Of a DNA stretch of 64,000 nucleotides, positions 40,791 through 51,629 are shown piece after piece (position 1 is the first letter of the stretch; every line of letters begins with the position of its first letter). Location of the stretch: positions 5,952,001 through 6,016,000 of the forward strand of contig NC_043016.1 of the NCBI RefSeq assembly GCF_006345805.1. The letters run 5' to 3'. The stretch is from Octopus sinensis (lineage: Eukaryota). The notes below the pieces were generated by a model that worked only from the letters and a program-made list of their open reading frames with translations, searched no databases and was not told the origin of the DNA. The position numbers and the translations under genes are program-made.

Positions 40791-41644
40791 ACAGTATATA
40801 TATATAATCAATAGACAGATATATATATATATATACATGGGTATGTATGTATACTCACATATATAAATGAATACATACATATTTCATCATCATTTAACAT
40901 TCATTTTCCCTGATAGTATGGGTTTGGTGATTTGACAGGATCCAGTAAGCCAGAGGGATACATTGTGTTCCAAGTCAGTTTTGGCATGGTTTCTATGGCT
41001 GGATGCTCTTCCCAATGCCAACCACATTAAAATTTTGTATTGGGTGCTTCTTATGTGGTACCAGCACATGTAGGATTGCCAAATAGCTTGCAAAACATGA
41101 AAAGAACAAGGAAAGGGGGAAAAAAAGCTCCCTTGATTTAGTCAAGAGGACAGGAGAATCTATGCCAGGGACAAGCAGAGGGGTTTTGACATAGAGAAGC
41201 TACGTGGTTGCCCTACATATATATAAGGTGGGGGTATATGAGAAAGAGTTAAGATGATAGCAATGGGTAACCAAAGAAAAACCTTCAAGAAGCAAGAGAT
41301 GATCAAGAGTGGGGAGTGGTGATAAAAGTTTGCTCTTTGGCTTTTATCAGGCACTTTAGGAATTACTGTTTTTAACAGAACAGGGATGACTGCACAGAGA
41401 ATCCAAGTGTATGTTGTTCCGTATTCAACTTGCTTCTCAGGAACATTATAGATTTGGATACTGTGTGAAAAACATTCCTAAAATACCTGATAAAACCCAA
41501 AGAACAAATTCAAGCATCAGACAACTCACATACATGAGATATATCTACATGCTAATACTGGATAAGAGTTTCACCAAGAACAAAGTGGTATGAAACTCGA
41601 GTTGTGAGACAGACCCACAGCTTCAGTTTTAAAAAATACTACAT

Positions 41645-41667
41645 AATATATATATACACCACACACA

Positions 41668-41707
<40 letters not shown>

Positions 41708-41713
41708 CATATA

Positions 41714-41753
<40 letters not shown>

Positions 41754-41773
41754 CATATATATATTATATATAC

Positions 41774-41854
<81 letters not shown>

Positions 41855-41857
41855 CAT

Positions 41858-41941
<84 letters not shown>

Positions 41942-41963
41942 CATATATAATATATATATATAC

Positions 41964-42038
<75 letters not shown>

Positions 42039-42039
42039 C

Positions 42040-42085
<46 letters not shown>

Positions 42086-42139
42086 TATATATATACATAT
42101 ATTCTATTATACATTATATATAGTCTATATATACATATA

Positions 42140-42187
<48 letters not shown>

Positions 42188-42266
42188 CATCTATATATAT
42201 ATATACATATATATATATAATACATATATATAATATATATACATATATATATATATCTACATATAA

Positions 42267-42297
<31 letters not shown>

Positions 42298-42396
42298 CAT
42301 TATATAATATACATATATATATATACTATATACATATATATATATATATATACATATATATATTATATATATACATATATATATATATACATATAC

Positions 42397-42427
<31 letters not shown>

Positions 42428-42465
42428 ATAACATATATATATATATATATATTATATATACATAA

Positions 42466-42504
<39 letters not shown>

Positions 42505-42544
42505 TATATACATATATATATACATATATATATATATATACATC

Positions 42545-42589
<45 letters not shown>

Positions 42590-42675
42590 CATATATTATA
42601 TATACTAATATATACATATATATATACATATATATATACATATATATATACATATATATATTATATAAGATATAC

Positions 42676-42712
<37 letters not shown>

Positions 42713-42748
42713 CACTATATATATATATATATATATACATATATATAT
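41645..42748. repeat. About 1.1-kb interrupted (AT)n tract
   Basis: Direct reading. Confidence 0.95.
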
Positions 42749-42836
42749 AGGGAGAGTTTACAAAAAAACAGAAGACGAAGACAAGTGGTGTACAAAACAA
42801 ACAAATGTATTAGTATAATGCTCAGGAAAGAAAAAA

Positions 42837-42874
42837 CCTTTTATGTTTCGAGCCTACGCTCTTCTACAGAAAGA
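42837..42874 (-). ncRNA. Minimal hammerhead-like motif, variant core CUGUAGA (copy 3)
   Basis: UCUUU-CUGUAGA-A-GAGC guag GCUC-GAAAC-AUA-AAAGG in repeat copy 42748-42925. Confidence 0.45.
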
Positions 42875-42926
42875 GACAGACAAAACAAGGAGAGAAACAA
42901 AGAGAGAAAGAAATGTGTGTAGTGGC

Positions 42927-42960
<34 letters not shown>

Positions 42961-43780
42961 GGCGCAAGCATAACTATGTAGTAAAAAGTTTGCTTCCCAA
43001 TAACATGATTCTAAGTGCAGGCCCTTGCATGGTGCCTTCGGCAAAGCCTTGTAAATAGATTTGGTAGTAGAACACACACACACATATATATATGTACACA
43101 CATCTATGTGTGTCTTTGTTTGTCCCCTACCACTGCTTGACAACTGGTGTTGGCAAGTTTATGTCCCCATAAACTTAGTGGTTTGGCAAAAAAGACTGAT
43201 GGTATAAGTACCAGGCTTTAGAAAAATAAGTACTGGGGTCGACTCATTTAACTAAAATCTTTTCAAGGTGGTGCCCCAGCATGACCAGTCTAATGACAAC
43301 TAAAACAAGCTAAACATATATCTCCATCATCATCACTGTCGTTTAATGTCTGCTTTCCATGCAGACATTCCATACTGACGGTTTGACTGAGGACTGGCAA
43401 GCCAGAAGGCTGCACCAGGCTCCAATCTGATCTGGCAAAGTTTCTACAGCTGGATGTTCTTCCTAATGCCAACCACTCCAAAAGTGTAAGTGGGTGCTTT
43501 TACATGCCACTGGCACGAAGGCCAGTCAAGTGTTACTGGCAACGACCATGCTCAAAAGGAGCTTTTTATGTGCCACCAGTATGTTTATTTTTATTAATAT
43601 TTAGCAGAAGTAACAGTTTGATAAGTGCCAATGCATGAAACTCTTGAATCTCTCTGTTACTTCTGATAAATATTAATATATATATATATGTATGTATGAA
43701 CAGACATGCTTACTATGAACTTTTAATGTTATCTTAATTTCCCTTTGTATAACAGTCTTTTTTCATAGCGTTTTTCAGAT

Positions 43781-43852
43781 GGCCAGATAACTGAAGAGAT
43801 GGTGGTGTGGATTTCCACCTCGGCATCCGAAACTCAGAGTTTTATCTTGGCT
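43781..43852 (+). ncRNA. Type I hammerhead ribozyme-like motif (near canonical)
   Basis: Stem I GGCCAGAUAA/UUAUCU(U)GGCU; core CUGAAGA; stem II GAUG/CAUC with inner GGUGG/CCACC hairpin and one extra C; GAAA; stem III ACU-cag-AGU; GUU cleavage triplet ending at 43841. Confidence 0.65.
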
Positions 43853-44104
43853 ACCGAATATTATTTTTGGTTACATATTATTTTTACAGGTATGTATGTA
43901 TGTAAGTATGTATGTATGCATGCATGCATGCATGCATGCGTGTACCCTTGTCATGACATCACATGGTTATAAGTGAGCATCACCAAAGAAACGATGTTAT
44001 TTGTTTCTAGTCCTCCATGAAAAACATCTCTAACGACGAAGAATATTATCTTAATTGTAAACAGGAGAGGGTTAGTAACAGGAAGGGTATCGTTCTATAG
44101 AAAT

Positions 44105-44335
44105 ATGGCAAGCTGGCAGAATCGTTAGCACACCGGGCGAAATGCTTTGCAGTATTTCGTCCGCCACTGCGTTCTGAGTTCAAATTCCGCCGAGGTCGAC
44201 TTTGCCTTTCATCCTTTCGGGGTCGATAAATTAAGTACCAGTTGCATACTGGGGTCGATGTAATCGACTTAATCCGTTGTCTATCCTTGTTTGTCCCCTC
44301 TATGTTTAGCCCCTTGTGGGCAATAAAGAAATAAG
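44105..44335 (+). mobile_element. SINE family A (further copies 61620-61832 +; degenerate - copies near 9960-10135, 16020-16160, 25000-25165, 31400-32020)
   Basis: Same head and CCTTTCATCCTTTCGGGGTCGATAAATTAAGTACCAG centre. Confidence 0.85.
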
Positions 44336-44707
44336 ATAATATGATAATTGTTAACAATATCTAATAGACAAAAATCCCACACAAATAATAATAATGATGT
44401 ATTTATATGTGTTTGAATGTGGGTATGTTTGTCTCACTTTGTCTTGATATCATGTAATAGTTGTGAATGAGTGTCATTATCATACAAGCAGTGTCGTTCA
44501 TCTCCAATATTTTGGAAAAACAAGTCTGGTCATTGCTTGGAAACAGGAAAAGCATCAGGCTGTAGAATAAACCACCTCAAAAAGACTCATACTTATACCA
44601 GCAAATGAGAGGAGAAAATGTAGGTAAAAACAATTCTTTTGTCTTCTTTCTTCAAGAACATATTTTTAGTGTTGGTGCATGCATACATACACACACACAC
44701 ACATACA

Positions 44708-44743
<36 letters not shown>

Positions 44744-44744
44744 T

Positions 44745-44925
44745 ACCGGAGTAAACACATAAATGTGAAACAAGGTGGAAAAAAGAGTACTCAAATACCA
44801 GTGGTAGAGTAATATGCTTTATTTAAAGCAGCAGAAAATTCAACAAAACCTGTTACTCTGAGTTTCACTGAAACGTGAAACTCAGAGTAACAGGTTTTGT
44901 TGAATTTTCTGCTGCTTTAAATAAA

Positions 44926-44926
<1 letters not shown>
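44745..44926. mobile_element. (TA)n-flanked repeat ending in a perfect 52-bp inverted repeat; same family at 59902 and 60293
   Basis: 44817-44868 is the exact reverse complement of 44875-44926; shared ACCGGAGTAAACACATAAATGTGAAACAAGG head. Confidence 0.85.
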
Positions 44927-44970
<44 letters not shown>

Positions 44971-45414
44971 GAGAGAGAAAGAAATGTGAAATTCCTAAGA
45001 TTCTTTGCTAACCACTAAGACCATTTCTACCTGTCATGCATCAGTTCTATGCAGGTGAGATGCTATAGAAATAGTTGTGGTGCATCATTCAGTGCAGACA
45101 TGCCTAGTAATGTGACTTGTCAAAAGGTACCTCATTCTTTAATCGGTTTTGCTTATTTCAATTAGAATACATTCTAATCAAATTCCTGTATGCAAATAGC
45201 TACAAACAAGTACCAGAATGTATTCCAATCAAAAACAAAAAATGAAACAGAGATTAAAGAACAAGGTATCTTTTGACAGGTCAGCTGATGAAGCACATAA
45301 TTGTTTGTGCAGCATCTCACCTATGAGGTACCGATGTACAAGGAGTCGAAACAACTGTAGTGAATAATAAATAATTCTCATGAATTCCATTTTCTTTTTC
45401 TTTCTCTTTCTCTT

Positions 45415-45807
45415 TTTCTCTTTTACTTGTTTCAGTCATTTGACTGCGGCCATGCTGGAGAACCGCCTTTAATCGAGCAACTCGACCCCGAGACTTATTC
45501 TTTGTAAGCCCAGTACTTATTCTATCGGTCTCTTTTTTGCCGAACCGCTAAGTGACGGGGACGTAAACACACCAGCTCGGTTGTCAAGCAATGCTAGGGG
45601 AACAACACAGACACACAACAAACACTATATATATATACATATATACGACAGGCTTCTTTCAGTTTCCGTCTACCAAATCCACTCACAAGGCATTGGTCAG
45701 CCCGGGGCTATAGCAGAAGACACTTGACCAAGATGCCACACAGTGGGACTGAACCCGGAACCATGTGGTTGGTTAGCAAGCTACTTACCACACAGCCACT
45801 CCTGCGC
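45415..45807 (-). mobile_element. SINE family B (other copies 17600-18250, 32130-32790, 58360-58735, 59225-59740, 63020-63352 on -; 42955-43315 on +)
   Basis: Colinear with 19637-20040. Confidence 0.85.
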
Positions 45808-46105
45808 TCTTTCTTTCACATGTTATAAAGTCTACGGACTCAAAGGAATTCCTAAAGTAAATCAAATGGTATTTAAATCCATGCTGCTGATGATATCAGG
45901 TAGCTGAATATAGAGAGCAGGATTTAAACAGCTTACTACAAGGTGTATACCCAAATATAAAAATGTTACTTACATACATACATACATATAAGTATACATA
46001 CATACATATACACACACACATATATATATATACACCCACACACACATATATACACACAGACACACATACAAAAATATACACATACACATATATACACACA
46101 CATAT

Positions 46106-46330
46106 ATCTTTATATATATAAAACTGAGAATGTGTGTCTGTCTGTCTGTCTGTGTGTTACCCTAAAACTTGAGAACTACACAACCAATTTCATTCAAATT
46201 TTACACATGCCTTACTTAGGGTCCATGTAGTTTCATGGGCAAAAAAAATGTTCAACTTCTTGCCTAGAGCGAGCCCATAGCAGTATCATATCTTCTCCAC
46301 TATTTCAGTATTACATGATAAAAGTTAAAC
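46106..46330 (+). mobile_element. Helitron/Helentron-like non-autonomous element head with (GTCT)n; inverted copy at 58862-59055
   Basis: TCTTTATATATATAAAA..GAGAATGTGTGTCTGTCTG..CAACCAATTTCATTCAAATTTTACACATGCCTTACTT shared on opposite strands. Confidence 0.5.
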
Positions 46331-47178
46331 AAAAACATTTCTCTATTTTATGTCAGATGCTTTCACTTTAACAATAAAAATAATAATAACAATTGAATTA
46401 TATGTAGTAAGTAATATTTAAAATCAAACTAAAGTATAATATAATCGTAACATAACAAAAGTAAAAATACCAATTGGTATAAAATTGCATCAATGATTTG
46501 AACTTCAATAAGTGGTTTCACATGAATGGGAATAAATTGAAAATAAAATTAGCTTGCAGAAATGGAATAGCCCAGATGGATAAATAAAAATTAAATTAAA
46601 AGACTATTGTCTATAAAGTATACAATGTAGAGAAAAAAGAAGATTTGAACACATGGAGGAAAGCACCTTCGAAAAGTGTCTTGGTGAAACTATGAAAGGT
46701 AGCTAATCAGAGGCGGTAAATTCGTCACAATAGAAGCAATGTTCGAGTCAACAGAGCGTGCAAGGGAGTACTTGACTCGAACTTGCAAGGTGGAAATATT
46801 TTATTTTTACCTTTATATCTGGGACGTAGGACATCCCGGAAAAAAAATTTTAAATGCCCCCCAAAGTAGAGGTAGGCTGGATTGTAGCCACACTTCTATA
46901 CAAAAGGGAGGACAAGATATAATTGATCGAAATTACAAGAGACGGCTAACAATTCCAGTCTGTTATATATTTTGAGTATTGTTATCACTAGCGATATCAA
47001 GATATAACTTTGTATTTTGCATTTTATGTGTAGATGTATATATATAGATGTACATGTAATATGTACACATATATACATGCACTAGCACTATGACCCAGCA
47101 ACAACGGGTCTTTAATGCTTGTACATATAAATATACACATATACATATATGTATATACATATATGTATATACATCACA

Positions 47179-47247
<69 letters not shown>

Positions 47248-47399
47248 TACAACTATCTATATAGACATACATACATACATTATTAAGGTGGCTATTCACA
47301 ATTGAGAACCAAAGGGCAGAAGTGCTTAAGTACAGACAGACAGGCAGATGAAAGGATGAGCTTATATGAACAGAAGACTATGCATGGATATGTTAGTAG

Positions 47400-47945
47400 A
47401 AAGCTCCGAGATGATTAGTAACATCAACCATCAAAGCAGTTTGTCATGGACCAAGAGCTGGATTACTACCTCCCACTTTGACGTTAACATAAAGCTGAAG
47501 ATCCACAAAAAAGAGAATACCTGTGTTGAACTTTTGAGAAATCTGCAGTTACTCTATCCAGATTACAAGTTCAGGTTTATACCTGTAATTATTGGGGCCC
47601 TGGGATACGTAACACACTGCCCAAATAGCAATCTTGAGAAATTAGGCTTCTCAGAACCAGAAAGAAAGCTTATTCGAAGACTACAGATCCAATCCATCAC
47701 AGGAACTGTAAAAATCTGTAAAACTTTGCAGGAGTTTATCATTTGAATATATGAGCATGTCTAGGTATGTAAGTATATGCATGAGAATACATACATAAAG
47801 CAAAACATACAAATCTGCACCTATACATACATACATACATACAAAAATACCCTGTTTCTTGATGTTGAAATTTCAATGAAGGAGCCTTGAATCTAGGTTA
47901 GATTCTATTGGCAAAAAATCTTGTACTAAAACTAAACAATGACAT
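47400..47945 (+). mobile_element. 3' end of a restriction-like-endonuclease LINE (R4/Dong-like)
   Basis: KKENTCVELLRNLQLLYPDYKFRFIPVIIGALGYV...QSITGTVKICK*, then UTR and (CATA)n. Confidence 0.6.
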
Positions 47946-49799
47946 ACATGTGTGTGTGTGTGTGTGTATGTATAAATATATGTATATATGTATGTATGTA
48001 TAAATATATGTATGTATGTATAAATATATGTGCAAGCATGTGCTTCTCCTTATCTTGACATTGGATGATAATTGTAAATTAGTGTCATTGTAATACAGGC
48101 AGTTTCATTTATTTCCAATATTCTGTGGGAACATGTATGGCTAGGGAAATATTTCTTTACTTGGAAACAGGTGAGGATTGGAAACAAGCATAGAAAATCT
48201 GTCTCGATAAACCCTGTCCAAACCATGCACATCTTTTGTGATGTCTGATGAATTTAACACAGCCAAACCTTTCAAAGATAGTCTTACGATTTGTTTAATC
48301 ATCATTAAACATCTGTAATCCATACTGACATGGATTGGACATATCAATATGTTGAAGTTAGTTAGAGGGCTGCACTGGGCTCCAATGCCTGTTTGGGCAA
48401 GGTTTCTACAGCTGATACTCTTCCTAACATCAACCACTTAGCAGAGTGTGTTGGGTACTTTTTCCTGCCATAAACACTAGCAAGGCCACCATGCAGTTCA
48501 TAAGACTTCAAATCCTGAAGGAAAAGGTTCGTGATAGGAGAGAAGGAGTTAAAGTACGATAGAAGGGGCCAGAGCCGAACTGGTTTCTTGCTGTAGATGA
48601 GCTACGTGATTATTCACATTGTAGAAGAGAGCCATGAGAGCAGAGAACCTGAGGGCCACAACTGCCAAACTAAAGAGAACCAGGTGAAAGAGGCAGCAGC
48701 AGCAGCAACCACAGCTCTCGTCCCCTTTCACTTGCACCAGATGTGGTAGAGACTGCCACACCAGGAAGTGCAGATAGACCCACCACCTTTTTGTGAGGTT
48801 AAAGGATGTTAGAGGAAGAGGAACAGGTAGTTTCCTGCAGAGGAGATACATGGCTCCACCCCACCAGAAAGAAAGGAGAAGGAATGGTGGAAATATAATG
48901 TTAAGGTATACCCACAAGGTACAAAAAGGTGGGTAAAAGGACAGAACAAAGAATGGGTGGATGGGTCTTTAATGAAACTTAAATTTTATGAAAGAGAAAG
49001 TAAAGTACTAACAAAGACACATAATGAATATTACAGTATTTTTCTGAGACATGGAATGTATATCAAGATTTCTATAAAAGTAATAAAATTGAGAAACATC
49101 TTTTCCCCAGGTTAGTTGTTATGATAGCAGTCATTTTTATATGTGATATAGTGGCATAGAATGTTTAATGTAAATGAAGCCATGTAACTAATCTCTCCTG
49201 CATATTTCTATACAATCAGTGCCTCTCCTAGAAATAGTTCAACCCTGATGATGTGAATTCTACTCAAATGAATCACAATCAATCCCTCACAATTGAACAA
49301 GTTACAAAGCCACGGCCAAATTGAGGTTGTCATGATATGAATTACTTTTTCCAAGGGTGGTGGGATCAGAGCTTTGACCCCTCCATATGTCACTGGACAA
49401 ATCACAAATATCTCAGATATTGACTGAAAATACAAAACATATATTGAACAATATGAATCATTAGGTTAAGTTTTAACACCCTTCTTAGTTTAAGTTCAGA
49501 TTTAAAGGCTTATAGTCATGATGGTGTGACCTTCTTTTGGGGTATTCAGTCCCACCTGTGTGTGAGTGTGTGTACAAACATATACACATACATAAGCGGA
49601 GGTGTGGCTGTGTGATTTGGAAATTTACTTCACAAGCACGTAATTTCAGATGCAGGTCTATTACGTATTAATATGGACAAGAGTCTTCTATTCAAAGCTG
49701 GGCCAACCAGCTAACTGAAGCTTATGAGTGGATTTAGTAAACAGAAATTGAAAGGTGATATGTATATGTATACAAACATATATATATATATATATATCA

Positions 49800-50330
49800 T
49801 CATCATCATCATCATCGTCGTTTAACATCTGCTTTCCATGCTAGCATGGGTTGGACCGATTTGACTGAGGTCTGGCGAACCAGACTCCAAGCTGATCTGG
49901 CAGAGTTTCTACAGCTGGATGCCCTTCCTACTGCCAACCATTCCAAGAGTGTAGTGGGTGTCTTTACATGCCACCAGCACAAGAGCCAGTCAGGCGGTAC
50001 TGGCAATGGCCATACTCAAATGGTGTTTTTTACATGCCACCTGCACAGGAGCCAGTCCAGCGGCACTGGCAATGACCTCACTCGAATATTTTTTCATGTG
50101 CCACCGGCACAAGTGATAGTAAGGGGACACTGGTAACGATCACGCTCAAATGGTGCTCTTTACATGCCACTGGCAAGGAAGCCAGTTTGCTGCTCTGGCA
50201 ACAATCACGCTCGGATGGTACTCTTAGCGCTCCACTAGCACAGACACCAGTCATTGAATTTGATTTCGATTTCACTTGCCTCAACAGATCTTCGCAAGCA
50301 GAGTTTAATGTCAAATGAAGGAAAGGTATA
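49800..50330 (-). mobile_element. RTE-family 3' UTR with (GAT)n tail (related copies 12830-13170, 26625-26975, 43325-43580, 61215-61565, 4680-4830, 22690-22840)
   Basis: Shared GTGGTTGGCGTTAGGAAGGGCATCCAGCTGTAGAAA...CCATGCTAGCATGGAAAGC..GTTAAA(GAT)n. Confidence 0.8.
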
Positions 50331-50679
50331 GAATTCTATGCAGTTGAAATCCAAGCAATCCAATCTATGAAATTATTTTATGTGAAGTGTATAGACCATA
50401 AAAGGTCAGGAGATATGAAAGGTGAATATGTTTATTTAACCCTTTGATATCTGTAGGATTACAGCCATTTCGCAGCCTTCATTATGCAATAATAATTTTA
50501 GTGTATAGTAAATTATTTTACATGTCTGCACCAATATGCCTGCCATACAATACAATTGTAAAACTACAAATTAATGCAGATATAGAAAGCGAGCTCTTCA
50601 GATTGCCAGAATATCATAATTACACCAACACTTCAACTCTGGAAAGGAACTGAATACTTCTAGAAGGTAGCACATTTAC

Positions 50680-50960
50680 AGTTTTCTACAGACCATACAT
50701 TGTAAGTTCTACTAAGTTATGATCCAAGAAAATCGTTGATGCCATCTTAACATTATGGATAAATACTATGTTATGTGTGAAATAGAGGTCCAGTACATTT
50801 TTACCCATTGTTAGGTAGAGCATTATTTGTTCCACTAATAGCATATTTGTAAGTTTAAGCAGAGACTCAGCTTGCCCCTGTTCATGCAGTAACATACCTG
50901 AAAGAAGGCAGCCCTCGGGCTATTTGACATTAGGGAGGTTGAGGTCTCTGAGAATAAGTA
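50680..50960 (-). pseudogene. LINE APE endonuclease relic
   Basis: EQIMLYLTMGKNVLDLYFT...DHNLVE resembles the PTRG.N.LDL.FT...SDH motif. Confidence 0.5.
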
Positions 50961-51031
50961 TGTAAAGACTGTCATCTAGGCTGAATACATACATATACAT
51001 ATATATGTATACACATAAAGCAATGTATGCT

Positions 51032-51077
<46 letters not shown>

Positions 51078-51629
51078 TTCCAGCCCCACCTGATCACTCC
51101 CACTCTGTCTTCTAAAATGTGACTAGTCATGTAGCTCCTCAACAGGAAGCAATCTATTCTAGGTAGGCCCTTTTCTCTAATACCCCTCTTTATTCATCTT
51201 CTAGCATAAAATTGTTTCCTAGGTGTTTGTAGTCTTGAAAGCTGCATAGCAACCTCACTAGTGCTGGTGCTACATAAAAAGCACACTGTACATGTTGCAA
51301 AGTGGTTGATATTAAGAAAGGTATCTAGCTATAGAAACCATGTCTAAGCAGGCACTGGAGCACAATATGGTCTTTGGGCTCAGTAGATCCTGACAAACTG
51401 CCCAACCCATACCACCAATGAATGAGGACATTAAATGGGGATGCTGATGATACATATACATACATATATATTAGTTTCTGGGGCACTTTGACATTATCAT
51501 TTTGAAGGTGCCTTTACAACACTTACAGTAAAATAGTAAAACAAGCATTAATTTTTACATTGTAATGTTTTTTATTTCTTAATTTATACTTTAGTGGTTA
51601 AATTCATATTGCATTTACCCTTTTAAAAT

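Noticed and set aside
41571-42543. ORFs up to 228 aa of YI repeats
   Set aside because: (AT)n tract lacks stops by composition.
45285-45312. CTGATGAAG followed by a GCACA/TGTGC stem as another hammerhead
   Set aside because: No GAAA after stem II and no stem III or NUH site.
50575-50605. Minus-strand CTGAAGAGCTCGC motif
   Set aside because: No GAAA, stem II or stem I partner.
50686-50895. 69-aa minus-strand ORF as a possible extra neurobeachin exon
   Set aside because: Resembles a LINE endonuclease, and exons 1 and 2 already join with no missing sequence.
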